The notes: generated from the letters alone by a model not told the origin. DNA of 64,000 nt from a virus (IMGVR_UViG_3300037067_027684:32001-96000), one strand, 5' to 3'; positions 46,870 to 57,367 are shown, numbered from the stretch's first letter. Numbers and translations: made by a program.

Positions 46870-47115
46870 ATGAGGAAGTCTGAAATAATCAAGAAGAAAA
46901 AGGTTGATTTTAAGAAGGAGTTGGAATCTCTCATTAACCGACATAGTATGGAGAATTTTTCTAATACTCCTGATTTTATTCTATCTGAATATCTAATGAA
47001 TTGTTTGAACGCAGTTGAGAAGATAATTGACGCCAGAGAAAAGTGGTATTGTAGGAATCCTGGGCTAGCAGTTGAGAAGATAGTAGGCAAATATGTTGAT
47101 CCGTCTTCTAAGTAA
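46870..47115 (+). CDS. Phage-type hypothetical protein
   Basis: AAGGAG SD; ELESLIN..S.EN.SNTPDFIL..YL..CL motif. Confidence 0.65.
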   Translation: MRKSEIIKKKKVDFKKELESLINRHSMENFSNTPDFILSEYLMNCLNAVEKIIDAREKWYCRNPGLAVEKIVGKYVDPSSK

Positions 47116-47123
47116 GGTGAAAA

Positions 47124-47329
47124 ATGAGTGACGAAGATACCATCAGGGCGGCTGTGAATGTCGTTGTGAAGTCGATTCTTGATATTCTACAAGAGGACCC
47201 CATAATTGGAGTGATAGACCATGTGATAGTTGTCGTGCTATTTCGACAATTATAGGTAGACCATTTGGTTGTTACGAATTTGCTCGACGCAGGGCAAACA
47301 AGGAACCTGGATTTGGATATCGAAAATGA
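47124..47329 (+). pseudogene. Small Cys-containing gene broken by a 1-nt frameshift (or sequence error)
   Basis: MSDEDTIRAAV..QED continues in another frame as HNWSDRPCDSCRAISTIIGRPFGC..RK-stop with ATGA overlap; 206 nt, one short of 69 codons. Confidence 0.55.
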
Positions 47330-48147
47330 AACATCGAGAAAGACGAGATGATTATCCCCCAAGCATTCAATATGAGCCTGGTAGTGTCTATGAAGGACCC
47401 GAGGGTGATGAATATCCCAATGATGATCCTGATGATTTTGAATTAGATCAAGAGCCACGTTTTGCTAAGCAAAATGTCCCATGGATTCGTGCTGGATGTG
47501 CTGGCTATGATGGTCACCCTAGTTCTTTCGCTGGATATAAGCCACATAAATGGGGATATAAATATTTAAATATCGGACCTTGTCGTGAGAGATTACGTAC
47601 TGACAAGCAAATGGTTGAGGACCATAAGAATCATGGTTTTTCATTTGGTTTAGAGGAACGTGCTTATGCGATGCTTTGGGATTATGAGAATAATGGTCAA
47701 TCAAGCCCAATACTATCATATTGGCTAAATTATCCAGAGATTCAGGCATTGATCAAGGATGGCGATGATGCTAAGTTGGCCGAGATGGTTGCTCAATGTT
47801 TCGCCCAATGGTTGGGTACAAACTGTGGTGGTAGTTTTCTACATTCCGCTGAGGCTTTGATTAAGAAAGAAAAGGAACGTATTAAAATATTGGTAGATCC
47901 TATTAAAGCCAAAGAGGAGAAGGATAAGGAGGAGAAATTTCAGAAAACTATTGATGAACAGAGGTTAGAACGCGCAAATGCGTTTCAAAAGCTACAAAAT
48001 GAGAAATTAAAGCTTGAAGAACGAGTTAAAGTGTTAGAACAAAGTCTTGAGAAGGAAGTTGAGAATGAGCTTGAACGTCGTAGGAGACGACATATTGATG
48101 AGATGAGTAAAATGGTTGAGGAAGGTGTTCGTTCTCTAGATATCTAA
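47326..48147 (+). CDS. Hypothetical protein with C-terminal coiled coil
   Basis: QWLGTNCG.SFL motif; charged coiled-coil tail. Confidence 0.6.
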   Translation: MKHRERRDDYPPSIQYEPGSVYEGPEGDEYPNDDPDDFELDQEPRFAKQNVPWIRAGCAGYDGHPSSFAGYKPHKWGYKYLNIGPCRERLRTDKQMVEDHKNHGFSFGLEERAYAMLWDYENNGQSSPILSYWLNYPEIQALIKDGDDAKLAEMVAQCFAQWLGTNCGGSFLHSAEALIKKEKERIKILVDPIKAKEEKDKEEKFQKTIDEQRLERANAFQKLQNEKLKLEERVKVLEQSLEKEVENELERRRRRHIDEMSKMVEEGVRSLDI

Positions 48148-48197
48148 TTGATTTCTGAACATGAAGAGATATCAATGAGTATTAGAAAGGATGGAAT

Positions 48198-49112
48198 ATG
48201 AAACATTTTTATCAGGCATGTGATTTTACTCCGAAATCGCTTGGGATTATCGCTCAAGCCAATGAGATTATTGAAGAGTATTCTGCTCAGGGTTTTAGTC
48301 TAACTCTGCGGCAGATTTATTATCAATTTGTGGCTCGTGGTTTTATTCCAAATAATAATAGGGAATACCATAATTTGGGATGTATTATCGATAAAGCTAG
48401 GTTAGCTGGTTTGATTGATTGGGACATGATTGAAGATCGCACTAGAAGTGTGCGTGGTAATGCTCATTGGGATAGTCCATCTGGAATTGTTGATAGTTGC
48501 GCTTATCAATATCGTCGGTGGTTGTGGTCAGACCAGGATTTCTATGTTGAAGTATGGATTGAGAAGGATGCTCTTGTTGGTGTTATTGATGGGGTCTGTA
48601 GAGACTGGGATATTAATTTCTTCTCTTGTCGTGGTTATACTAGCCAGAGTGCTATGTATCGAGCCGCTCAAAGGATTTTGTTACATGATAGACCCTGTGT
48701 GATTCTTCATTTAGGTGACCATGATCCTAGTGGTTTGGATATGACTAGGGACATTGGTGATAGGTTGCAATTGTTGACTGAGGGAGCTGATATTGAGGTT
48801 AAGCGTATTGCTTTGAATATGGATCAGGTTGATGAGTATGAGCCTCCGCCGAATCCCACTAAGTTTACTGATAGTAGGCGTCGTGAATATGTTGCTAGAT
48901 GGGGTAGTTCGTCTTGGGAGTTGGATGCTCTTGATCCTTCGGTTTTGGTTAGGTTGATTAATGACGAGTTGATGCAAGTAGTCAATTTGCAGAAATTTGA
49001 TCGCCAGAAGAAGAAACAGGAGGTTGAGCGCAAAATTCTGGAGAAGGTAGCTAAAGATTTGAAGAAGGACGAGAGGAATGAAAAGGATAGACTGCGTAAG
49101 AAAGTGCGATAA
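48198..49112 (+). CDS. Topoisomerase VI-A/JetD-like winged-helix plus Toprim protein
   Basis: TLRQIYYQ..ARL.G.I.W..IEDR; EVWIEKDAL; RGY.S; GDHDPSG; WELDAL. Confidence 0.75.
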   Translation: MKHFYQACDFTPKSLGIIAQANEIIEEYSAQGFSLTLRQIYYQFVARGFIPNNNREYHNLGCIIDKARLAGLIDWDMIEDRTRSVRGNAHWDSPSGIVDSCAYQYRRWLWSDQDFYVEVWIEKDALVGVIDGVCRDWDINFFSCRGYTSQSAMYRAAQRILLHDRPCVILHLGDHDPSGLDMTRDIGDRLQLLTEGADIEVKRIALNMDQVDEYEPPPNPTKFTDSRRREYVARWGSSSWELDALDPSVLVRLINDELMQVVNLQKFDRQKKKQEVERKILEKVAKDLKKDERNEKDRLRKKVR

Positions 49113-49306
49113 TGTGGCTCTTCAAAAGAAGGATTGTGTTGGTTGTAATCAGGTTCGACGTGTTGGTGATAAGGTGATTTTTGAGTCTAGCTATTTGGGT
49201 AGAGTCTTGGCTACCGTGGATGCCAAGGGTGGCTTATATGTAATTGGTGCTGAATTGGGTGACACAGATGAATAGGATGCTTCGATTGATCCTTGGGAGG
49301 CATGAC

Positions 49307-49606
49307 ATGGATGAGGATACTTTTCTATATAAGGCTCAGATTTTGAAGGAAGATCCTCGGATTTTGTGTTCTTCTCATTATGAATGGTTGGAGCATCCGA
49401 TATGTCAAGAGATTATAGCTGAGGGTAGGCGTGTTATTCCTTTTATTATGGAGGATTTCAAAAGAGATGGTGAGTTTCCTTGGGATGTTGTTCTTCAAAA
49501 TATTGTTGGTTTTTGTCCTTCGTCTGAGGAGCATCGTGGCTGCGTTGAGGCGATTAGGCAAGATTGGCTTAAGTGGGGTAGGGAGAAAGGTTATCTTAAT
49601 GATTAA
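49307..49606 (+). CDS. Hypothetical protein
   Basis: GGGAGG SD; HP..QEII..G..VIP.I..W..WG. Confidence 0.6.
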   Translation: MDEDTFLYKAQILKEDPRILCSSHYEWLEHPICQEIIAEGRRVIPFIMEDFKRDGEFPWDVVLQNIVGFCPSSEEHRGCVEAIRQDWLKWGREKGYLND

Positions 49607-49883
49607 GCATGGTGTTGTTCATCGTGGGGCTGTTCATCGTGGTGCTGTTCGTCGTGGTGATGTTGGCAATTATTGTAGGCAGTGTGGTGGTAGTGGGATT
49701 TTTAATAGTCGTGTTTGTCGGTTGTGCAAGGGTGATGGTAAGGTGCGTTGGACTGATTGTCTTAGGTGTGACAGGAAGATGGTCATGACGAATATATTTG
49801 ATAAGGTTTGCACTAACTGTAAGTGTAAGAAGGAAGATGTTTCTAGGCGTGCTGAGCATGAATATAGGGTGATTTTTGGATGA
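49599..49883 (+). CDS. Small Zn-finger protein with VHRGA repeats
   Basis: 15-bp tandem repeats at 49617-49664; CRQCGGSG..CRLCKGDG; CLRC..CTNC. Confidence 0.55.
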   Translation: MIKHGVVHRGAVHRGAVRRGDVGNYCRQCGGSGIFNSRVCRLCKGDGKVRWTDCLRCDRKMVMTNIFDKVCTNCKCKKEDVSRRAEHEYRVIFG

Positions 49884-50176
49884 ATTTAGGAAATCTTAAA
49901 ATTGTTGAGGTTTATTTGTACTATGATGGTCCTGCTTTGTTTCTTGCCGATGATTCGAAGAATTTATTTTTATCGTTTTGGGTTGGTGATTCGGTTTATC
50001 TATATATTCCTATTACTGAAGATCAAGTTAAGAATATCGACAAGTTGCTATTGAAATCTTTTATTCTTGGTAGGGAATATGTCTTTAGGGCTGTTGGTGA
50101 TGTTGTTTCTAAGATTTCTCCAGATGAACTATTAGAATCTGAACTTCCTGATGATGTGACTATTGCTACCAACTAG
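49880..50176 (+). CDS. Hypothetical protein (DUF6575-like)
   Basis: YYDGP.LF motif; ATGA coupling. Confidence 0.5.
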   Translation: MNLGNLKIVEVYLYYDGPALFLADDSKNLFLSFWVGDSVYLYIPITEDQVKNIDKLLLKSFILGREYVFRAVGDVVSKISPDELLESELPDDVTIATN

Positions 50177-50751
50177 GATACAACTACTGGACATAACGCT
50201 ACTTGCAGTCTTATAAACGTTGTTGTTGCCAATCCTTTATTTTGGAGACGTACCCTGAAAAATGAAGCAGTAGCTTGGGTGGTCCAACTTTTTCCGCCGA
50301 GGTTTGCATAGAAATTGAAGGTGTCAGTAATATCCCAAGCATATTGTGTAAAGGCCAAACCTCCTGCTATTGTGCCGAAAGCTGAAGTTACTGTTAGTGA
50401 TAGATCACTCGCTATTGCATTAATTACTCTTACAGTATCACCTGTCACCCAAATTTGGTCACCAACCTTTAGATCACGTAGGAATTTGGTTCCTAATCCA
50501 GTTAGTGTGGTCGTGCCATTTGTGGTTACTGTTCCAACGCCGGTTATGGTTCCATTTGATTGGTCAACGAACACAGTCAAGTTCTGGTCTGATATAATAT
50601 TGGTTTGGATTCCAACCACACCCAATGTGGATGTTGCGGTTCCAGCATATATGGCGTTAGTGGCTAGGTTAGCACCACCTCCAGGACCTACAGACAGTGC
50701 GTTATTATTGTCTGCTAGAACGTCTTGGAGAATTCTCTTCCAGTAGCTCAT
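50173..50751 (-). CDS. Tail-fibre-like beta protein
   Basis: GTVTTNGTTTLTGLGTKFLRDLKVGDQI fibre motif; AGGAG SD. Confidence 0.6.
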   Translation of the reverse strand: MSYWKRILQDVLADNNNALSVGPGGGANLATNAIYAGTATSTLGVVGIQTNIISDQNLTVFVDQSNGTITGVGTVTTNGTTTLTGLGTKFLRDLKVGDQIWVTGDTVRVINAIASDLSLTVTSAFGTIAGGLAFTQYAWDITDTFNFYANLGGKSWTTQATASFFRVRLQNKGLATTTFIRLQVALCPVVVS

Positions 50752-50761
50752 TTAGTTCTCC

Positions 50762-52876
50762 TTAGAGAATTATCCAATTGGTGCCATCTGACTGAACCAA
50801 AATGTTTTCATAATCATTTATGATTTGCGAAGTATTCCCATCTATAGTTTGCCCTCCTGTGGTGGTTATTGTGACCGTGTTGATCGTAGCATTCAATTTC
50901 TTCACATTGAATGTTTTGCCTGATGTTGCAGCTGATGGTAATGTTATTGTTACTGAATTTATTGTTGCATCGACAGCAATTGTCCAATCTGATAATTGGG
51001 CAGTATAATCCGATGTTTTGGTTATGATGGGTTTAACTTCTGCGGTTGTGTCACCATAGAGACCACGTAATGTTAGGACATAACCTGTGGTTGCTGTGTA
51101 TGCATCCAGCATTGGTTTGCTGACATAGGAGACGTTGGCGGTATTTGGGTCCGTAGCTGTCAGTAAGCCTGCTGTAGCGGCACTTAGGTAATAGGTTACA
51201 CCTGCGGTTAGTCCAGCGAGGCCAGAAATATATCCTTCAAGGACTACTCGGAATCCTGCTCCGGAAGCAGTTTCGATAATTCCGACTGCTTCGGCATTAG
51301 TTGGTGTGTCAGCTTGTGCTTTAACCCAAGTTCCTGTCACATCTATGCGTACTACATCTCCTGTTGCAAAGGCGTTGGCTTGTGTGATGTCTTGGTAAAC
51401 TGTTGAGCCAGGTCCTGTTGGTCCAGTTTGCACTGGTCCGGTTGGTCCGGTTGTTATTGAAGCTGCGCCAGTTGGACCAGTTGTTATTGAAATTGGGCCG
51501 GTTGGTCCGGTTACTATAGACGCAGGACCAGTTACTCCTGTCGGTCCAGTTGTTATTGAAGTAGCTCCTGTGGGACCAGTTTGAATAGGGCCGGTAGGAC
51601 CAGTTGTTATAGAAGTAGAACCAGTTGGCCCAGTCGTGATTGAAGCTGATCCTGTTGGTCCGGTTTGAATAGGGCCAGTAGGACCAGTTTGTATTGGGCG
51701 GGTTGGACCAGTTTGTATAGGACCAGTTGGTCCAGTTGTTATAGAAGTAGAACCAGTTGGCCCAGTTGTTATAGAAGCTGATCCTGTCGGACCAGTTGTT
51801 ATAGAAGTAGAACCAGTTGGTCCAGTTTGGATAGGACCAGTTGGGCCTGTGATAATTGAAGCCGATCCTGTCGGACCAGTCGTGATTGAAGCTGATCCGG
51901 TTGGTCCAGTTTGGATAGGACCAGTAGGGCCAGTGGTTATTGAAATGGATCCGGTTGGGCCAGTTATTAATGAGTTAGCACCAGTTGGACCAGTTAAAGA
52001 TGTCCCAGTTGGACCTGTTTGTATTGGGCCTGTGGGGCCTGTTGTTATCGAATTGGCACCAGTTGGACCAGTTATCGTAGAATCAGCTCCAGTTGGGCCA
52101 GTAATTATAGAATCAGCTCCAGTAGGACCGGTCCCTCCTCCATCTGCCCCAGTTGGTCCAGTTATTGTGGCTCCAGTAGGACCAGTTTCTCCAAGACCAG
52201 TTGGACCAGTTATGGTAGAATCAGCTCCGGTTGGACCTGTTCCTCCACCATCTGCCCCAGTTGGACCAGTTATGGTAGAATCAGCTCCGGTTGGGCCTGT
52301 TCCCCCTCCAGCGACTCCAGTGGGACCAGTTATAGTAGAATCAGCTCCGGTTGGGCCAGTTTCTCCAAGACCAGTGGGGCCAGTAGTTGAACCTGACCCT
52401 GTAGGACCAGTTATTATAGAATCGGCTCCGGTTGGTCCTGTTCCCCCACCATCTGCTCCTGTTGGACCAGTTATTTGAGAATCAGCTCCGGTTGGACCGG
52501 TTGTCGAACCAGATCCAGTAGGGCCAGTTATCTGGGAATCAGCTCCGGTCGGACCGGTACCTCCACCGTCTGCTCCTGTTGGGCCAGTTATCTGGGAATC
52601 AGCTCCGGTCGGTCCAGTTGCTCCACCACCTGCTCCTGTTGGGCCAGTTCCAAATGCCCCAGTTGGACCAGTTATTGTAGAGGCTGCTCCTGTAGGACCA
52701 AAATCAGCGTTAAGTGGTTGCCAATTAGATAATGGCCCGAAGGGTGCGACTACCGACCAATAATATTGGATTCCGTTGGCTCTAACTGTATAATAATCAC
52801 CAAAAGCATTGCCAACTAGTGGCAAGTCCGTTCGATTCTGAACACAACCTCGATAAACCAGAGCAGCTTTTGCCAT
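50762..52876 (-). CDS. GPT-repeat (collagen/BclA-like) fibre protein with C-terminal virion domains
   Basis: Dozens of TGPTG units; C-terminal [11 protein letters not shown] and TITLP..TIDG..SDGTNW domains. Confidence 0.8.
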   Translation of the reverse strand: MAKAALVYRGCVQNRTDLPLVGNAFGDYYTVRANGIQYYWSVVAPFGPLSNWQPLNADFGPTGAASTITGPTGAFGTGPTGAGGGATGPTGADSQITGPTGADGGGTGPTGADSQITGPTGSGSTTGPTGADSQITGPTGADGGGTGPTGADSIITGPTGSGSTTGPTGLGETGPTGADSTITGPTGVAGGGTGPTGADSTITGPTGADGGGTGPTGADSTITGPTGLGETGPTGATITGPTGADGGGTGPTGADSIITGPTGADSTITGPTGANSITTGPTGPIQTGPTGTSLTGPTGANSLITGPTGSISITTGPTGPIQTGPTGSASITTGPTGSASIITGPTGPIQTGPTGSTSITTGPTGSASITTGPTGSTSITTGPTGPIQTGPTRPIQTGPTGPIQTGPTGSASITTGPTGSTSITTGPTGPIQTGPTGATSITTGPTGVTGPASIVTGPTGPISITTGPTGAASITTGPTGPVQTGPTGPGSTVYQDITQANAFATGDVVRIDVTGTWVKAQADTPTNAEAVGIIETASGAGFRVVLEGYISGLAGLTAGVTYYLSAATAGLLTATDPNTANVSYVSKPMLDAYTATTGYVLTLRGLYGDTTAEVKPIITKTSDYTAQLSDWTIAVDATINSVTITLPSAATSGKTFNVKKLNATINTVTITTTGGQTIDGNTSQIINDYENILVQSDGTNWIIL
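51410..52700 (-). repeat. Degenerate tandem repeats encoding TGPTG units
   Basis: Recurrent ggaccagttgg/gggccagttg on + strand with variable spacers. Confidence 0.9.
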
Positions 52877-53625
52877 TATTGGCTCAACAATTGAATCCTA
52901 AGACCCACAATTCCCACACTCTCTGTCTGTGGATCAGGACTCCCTTGATAATTTCGATTGAGAAGTATATGGACGATATTGTTACTACCCACACTAATAA
53001 CGTCTAATAGTTCAGTCTCACGTACATCTCCCTCAATGAGATTCAATGTAGAGATGTTGGTGTCATTGACATATAATACTGGTGTTTCGCCAGTAGCAGT
53101 GGCAACATGTGCAGTCGTTCGAATGTCAAAAGTAGTGTTTACGCCACAAGTGAACATCCAAATTAAGGACACTACTATTCTACCATTGAATGTATCATTG
53201 GTTTTTAAATTATAACCAATCACTGACACATCAGTATCTGGCAGTAATAATACTATCTTGTCATTGATAACTGATCGAGTTCCACCGAACCAACTTTCAA
53301 GAGAGGTGGAGGGGACAAAGTCGCCGTCTAGATAACTGTGTTGTAGGGATTGGCTACCAATTAACCAATTAATATATTCCTGAAATCGTGGTCCTCGCTT
53401 CATTCCTGTGATTTGATTTAGGAAGGGCAGGGCTTCATCTGGTATGTCTAATTCAATAGTGTTAGTGTTGCGGTCATAGAAGGTTTCGAATTCGATTGTG
53501 TCGTTGTTGCTTAAAGCTAGTCTAGCGAATAATGCATGTAGAAATAAGTCATTCATAGCTGGGGGATTATTTTTAAATTTAACGGGTGGCTGTATACTTC
53601 TGAATACGTTGCTTCCCCTAGTCAA
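52876..53625 (-). CDS. Hypothetical, likely structural protein
   Basis: GGAGG SD before TTG; TAATG coupling to the fibre gene. Confidence 0.6.
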   Translation of the reverse strand: MTRGSNVFRSIQPPVKFKNNPPAMNDLFLHALFARLALSNNDTIEFETFYDRNTNTIELDIPDEALPFLNQITGMKRGPRFQEYINWLIGSQSLQHSYLDGDFVPSTSLESWFGGTRSVINDKIVLLLPDTDVSVIGYNLKTNDTFNGRIVVSLIWMFTCGVNTTFDIRTTAHVATATGETPVLYVNDTNISTLNLIEGDVRETELLDVISVGSNNIVHILLNRNYQGSPDPQTESVGIVGLRIQLLSQ

Positions 53626-53637
53626 GATATACCTCCA

Positions 53638-54057
53638 TTATTCTACAATCGTTTGCGCGATTTTCTTGACATCCTCGTTCACTATTGGAATTACCGCTTC
53701 GTACATTCTTAGGCCATTTCTCCAGACGCGAGCGATATTTTCAATTTTTCCAGGTAACCCAGCATTGGTTCGTACGAAGTCACAGATTTTTTCAGCGGTT
53801 CTATCTGTGACTTCTTTGCTGCGTTCATCTAGATTACCAATGAAAATGTAGTCATCTACCACATTCTCAGTGATTGGTCCGCCATTGATTAATTTACAGA
53901 GGATCATTCGGTTGTGGGAGGTGGTTTGTATTGTTAAGCCGACTTTGTTGAAGCTTTCTTCCAAGGCGTAGATGCTTTGGTAATCTATACTTTGTCCTAT
54001 TTTATAAAGTAGTTTGCCTAGGTCTTGCTGGTTGGGGGTTGGTTTTGGGGTGTCCAT
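53638..54057 (-). CDS. Hypothetical protein
   Basis: AGGAGG SD before ATG at 54057; TAAATATTA motif upstream. Confidence 0.6.
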   Translation of the reverse strand: MDTPKPTPNQQDLGKLLYKIGQSIDYQSIYALEESFNKVGLTIQTTSHNRMILCKLINGGPITENVVDDYIFIGNLDERSKEVTDRTAEKICDFVRTNAGLPGKIENIARVWRNGLRMYEAVIPIVNEDVKKIAQTIVE

Positions 54058-54113
54058 GATGCCTCCTAAGTAGGTTTGGATGGACAACTAATATTTACCG
54101 TGTAATTAAAAAT

Positions 54114-54887
54114 ATGAAGATTTTTATTAATAATAGTCTGCACTGTGGAGATGTAATTCTTACTAGGGTACTTATAGATGCTTTTCGTAAGAAATTTCCG
54201 AATGCTGAATTATTATTACAATGTCGTGCTCCTGTGCATTATTTGTGGGCAGATTATGGCGTCAAGATTTTCGATACTATGGTTGATTACAGCCTGACAA
54301 CTCCTACTCCGCAATGCCCAAAGGATTTTGAATTCTTTCAGGCTTGGTTTGGTACTTTTCCGGATATTCTTAATACCTATGGTTTAACTCATGCTAATCA
54401 GATCCATACTGTTAATCGACAGATGCAGATGCATGGAACCAATCATTATTTGGATTTACCGACTGAGCCTCCTGTGATTGAGTTGCGTGATCTTCATACA
54501 TTGTGTTCTCCGAATACTATTTTGGTTGAGAATGGTCCTCCTGGTTCAGGGCAGTGTAATGGTGGTTTGGGTCAGTATGTTCGTCGGTTGGCTACTGAAT
54601 TTCCACGATTTAATTTCCTTTGTTCTGCTAATCCGCAGGTTAAATTACCCAACGTGTTTGATGGTTCGGCATATAATCTTTTGGTTATGTCTGATTTATG
54701 TAATAAGTGTGTAGCTTTTATCACTCAGGCTAGTGGCGTGAATGCTTGTACCTATACGAGGTGCAATATTGGTAAGCCGCGTATTTTCTTTGGTTATATT
54801 CGTGGGTGGACTATTTGGGATAATTCGGCGGTTGTTGTGCATACTTATGAACGTTTGGCGGCTGTATTGAGGGAGAAATTATTCTAA
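54114..54887 (+). CDS. Putative GT-B-like protein, paralog of 41196-41975
   Basis: Co-linear shared motifs with the 41196 gene. Confidence 0.6.
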   Translation: MKIFINNSLHCGDVILTRVLIDAFRKKFPNAELLLQCRAPVHYLWADYGVKIFDTMVDYSLTTPTPQCPKDFEFFQAWFGTFPDILNTYGLTHANQIHTVNRQMQMHGTNHYLDLPTEPPVIELRDLHTLCSPNTILVENGPPGSGQCNGGLGQYVRRLATEFPRFNFLCSANPQVKLPNVFDGSAYNLLVMSDLCNKCVAFITQASGVNACTYTRCNIGKPRIFFGYIRGWTIWDNSAVVVHTYERLAAVLREKLF

Positions 54888-55169
54888 TGGTGGCAATAAT
54901 CGTAGTCTAATCTCAGTTTTCTCATCTAGTGGCTTGATATCCAAATCTTTATAAGTGATTCGTCTAGCTTCAACCGCCCAAGCTTCATGCGACAATTCAA
55001 TTAATTCACCACCAACAATAACATGCCAGGAAGTCTCAATATCACTCTCTAACTCCTTTAACTTGGTTTCAATGTCCCTAAAAATACCCTGATAAGCTAG
55101 ACACTGCCGACTATCTGAGTCACGGCAAACAACTAGGCCACTATTGTAGAGAATGACCTTCCGAATCAT
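54879..55169 (-). CDS. Hypothetical protein
   Basis: GGAGG SD. Confidence 0.5.
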   Translation of the reverse strand: MIRKVILYNSGLVVCRDSDSRQCLAYQGIFRDIETKLKELESDIETSWHVIVGGELIELSHEAWAVEARRITYKDLDIKPLDEKTEIRLRLLPPLE

Positions 55170-55192
55170 AGATACCTCCAAAGGAGATTCAA

Positions 55193-56086
55193 ATGCGTTA
55201 TCTGCTGCTGCTCCCTCTCCTACTTTTAGTTAGCTGTGCTAATCAAACAACTAACCCCGAAGAAGGACCACAAATAAACAATATTAAGGAAGAATTGAAG
55301 AAGGATTCTCATGCATATACTGACAGTAAGGTAGCCGATAGCCAAAATTCCATCCAACAAAATACTAGTGCTTTAGTTGCGGCATCTGTTGGTAAGCTGA
55401 CTGATAAGATAACCGGTGTCGAAGCCAAGATTGATACCACCGTTGGTGAAGTCAATGGGGTTAAGGCTAAGATTGAGACTACTGTTGGTGAAGTCAATGG
55501 GGTTAAAGCCAAGATTGATAGTACTATTAAGGTGGCTGATAAATTAGAGACGAAGGTGGGGGATGTTGACGCTAGGCTCAATAATCAAATAATGCTTAAC
55601 AACGAAATGAAGTTTAGGTTGGACAATCAGATTAAAATAGCCACTGATATGGAAGCTAAACTTGAGGCTCAGTTCAAGTTAAATGCCGAATTAGCCGTTA
55701 AGCTTGGTAATTTAACTGCTAAGATTGATGGTCAAGCTGCTGCTCAAGTTGGTCTGGGAAATAGAATTGATAAAGTTAGTACTGACATGAGTGCTGGTCG
55801 TGATGCTATTAATACTCAATTTACAGGTAATATGATGTGGACAGTTATTATTACTAATGCTTTGTGGACTTTATTGTTATTAGCTGTGGTTTGGGCGTTG
55901 ACACGGATTCAACTTACGCAGTTAGAAGAGGCTCGCCAAAAAGCCGATAATCGGGCCAATAATCTTACGAGGTTGTTGGTCCAGGCCAGTTCTAAGTTGG
56001 AGCCTAATCAGGTCAGGAGTTTAAGGGGTTTCAATTTGTCTGAAGCTCCTAAGGATTCTGAGGATTCCGAAGAACCTAGTGGGTGA
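55193..56086 (+). CDS. Lipoprotein with long coiled coil and C-proximal TM helix
   Basis: LLVSC lipobox; 42-bp repeats at 55424-55525; TM WTVIITNALWTLLLLAVVWAL. Confidence 0.7.
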   Translation: MRYLLLLPLLLLVSCANQTTNPEEGPQINNIKEELKKDSHAYTDSKVADSQNSIQQNTSALVAASVGKLTDKITGVEAKIDTTVGEVNGVKAKIETTVGEVNGVKAKIDSTIKVADKLETKVGDVDARLNNQIMLNNEMKFRLDNQIKIATDMEAKLEAQFKLNAELAVKLGNLTAKIDGQAAAQVGLGNRIDKVSTDMSAGRDAINTQFTGNMMWTVIITNALWTLLLLAVVWALTRIQLTQLEEARQKADNRANNLTRLLVQASSKLEPNQVRSLRGFNLSEAPKDSEDSEEPSG

Positions 56087-56097
56087 TAGGATCAAAC

Positions 56098-56364
56098 ATG
56101 GCCAAAGGTAGAATTGCGAAAGTTACCCGTATACAACCACACCCCGTCAAGTGTGACCGTTGTGGTAAGATATATGATATTGGTCATCCACATGAGTCAT
56201 TCTGTCGTGGTGTGGTTCCACCTAATTCAAAGTGTGAACTTTGTGGTAATGACGAGCAAAAGTCTTTGCTTGAATGTCGTTGTGGTGATATAGTATGTGA
56301 TGATTGTCATGAATACAGGCATAGATGTGGTAGTTTGTGGCCTGAGAAGAGGGATGAAAAATGA
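56098..56364 (+). CDS. Cys/His-rich Zn-finger protein
   Basis: CDRC..H..C; CELC..CRC..CDDC..H.C. Confidence 0.6.
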   Translation: MAKGRIAKVTRIQPHPVKCDRCGKIYDIGHPHESFCRGVVPPNSKCELCGNDEQKSLLECRCGDIVCDDCHEYRHRCGSLWPEKRDEK

Positions 56365-56771
56365 ACATAGATCATAATAACACTCATAAATTAATTGATT
56401 TTGAATGTTCTTTTGGGCAGAAGTTGGCCAAGAAATTTGGTGATAATACTGCTAGGGAAATTATAAGCTTCTTACAGGTAGAAGGATTACCTATCGAATT
56501 TCCAGCTAAAATGGTCGATGGTATTACTTTGTCTGGTTCTCCAGAACTTAAGCTTGAATTACTTGATGCACAGGGTAGTGTCATTGACGCCAATAATAAG
56601 GGAATAGCGCATCGTCATCGTTTCTTAGTCGCGATAGATGGTAAGCCGCAATTGACTCTTAAGAGTATTAAGATTCCTAAATTAGATTATAACAAGACTG
56701 ATTATTTGAAAGTCAAGTTAACTTACTACTGTATGGCAGAGAGGAATGTTGAACTAAAGGAGAAGAAATGA
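56361..56771 (+). CDS. Hypothetical protein
   Basis: ATGA coupling on both sides. Confidence 0.55.
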   Translation: MNIDHNNTHKLIDFECSFGQKLAKKFGDNTAREIISFLQVEGLPIEFPAKMVDGITLSGSPELKLELLDAQGSVIDANNKGIAHRHRFLVAIDGKPQLTLKSIKIPKLDYNKTDYLKVKLTYYCMAERNVELKEKK

Positions 56772-57166
56772 AGTGGGTGTGCCTAGTTGTATTACTTTGT
56801 TTAGTTGGTTGTGAAGATCCCGAAAAAGATCGTCTTAGAGACGATGTCTCTAAATTCCAAAGGGAAATTATTCAATTAAAAGCACAACTCTCTGCTGAGA
56901 AAACTCCACAGCAAGATATGGTTGAGAAGATGCAAGAACAACAGAAGAAGCATCAAACTGAGATTCTACAACTTCAGAGTACTATTAGTCAATTGCGTGA
57001 TGATTCTGTTAGACCATCTTTGGTTGGTTTGCAAATTGAACTTAGAAGTTTGGATTCCCAGAAAGAACAAATCCACAAGATTTTAGCTCGGCTTAATAAT
57101 GTTGAGAAGGAGCTTGGAATAAGTCTAGCGCTGGTCATTCTCATTTACACTAGGAGAGAGTCATGA
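56768..57166 (+). CDS. Lipoprotein with coiled coil and hydrophobic C-terminus
   Basis: LVGC lipobox; heptads; LGISLALVILIY tail. Confidence 0.6.
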   Translation: MKWVCLVVLLCLVGCEDPEKDRLRDDVSKFQREIIQLKAQLSAEKTPQQDMVEKMQEQQKKHQTEILQLQSTISQLRDDSVRPSLVGLQIELRSLDSQKEQIHKILARLNNVEKELGISLALVILIYTRRES

Positions 57167-57357
57167 AGAAGGGTGTGTTCGTACTGCATGTGCCGATTGG
57201 TAGTTTGTCTGACGAAAGGAAAATTGAGAAGTACATCAAAGCAGTTCTTCGTCCGATTAAGAAAGCTATTAAGCAAATCAAAAGGAGTGGTTATGTAGTA
57301 TTGGTCTTTCCGTCACATGAGCGGACAGAATGTTCAGTAGAAATGCATAATTTTTAG
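57163..57357 (+). CDS. Small hypothetical protein
   Basis: AGGAG SD; ATGA overlap. Confidence 0.5.
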   Translation: MKKGVFVLHVPIGSLSDERKIEKYIKAVLRPIKKAIKQIKRSGYVVLVFPSHERTECSVEMHNF

Positions 57358-57367
57358 GAGGCGGCAA

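Noticed and set aside
51849-52732. Plus-strand ORFs with GPV repeats, and other antisense ORFs in the track such as 13323-13772, 45896-46336 and 58404-58772
   Set aside because: They are shadows of real genes on the opposite strand, caused by repeats and biased codon usage, with no SD or family motifs
41196-54887. Paralog pair as DGR template and variable repeats
   Set aside because: No reverse transcriptase in the window, and divergence spans the whole genes rather than adenines only
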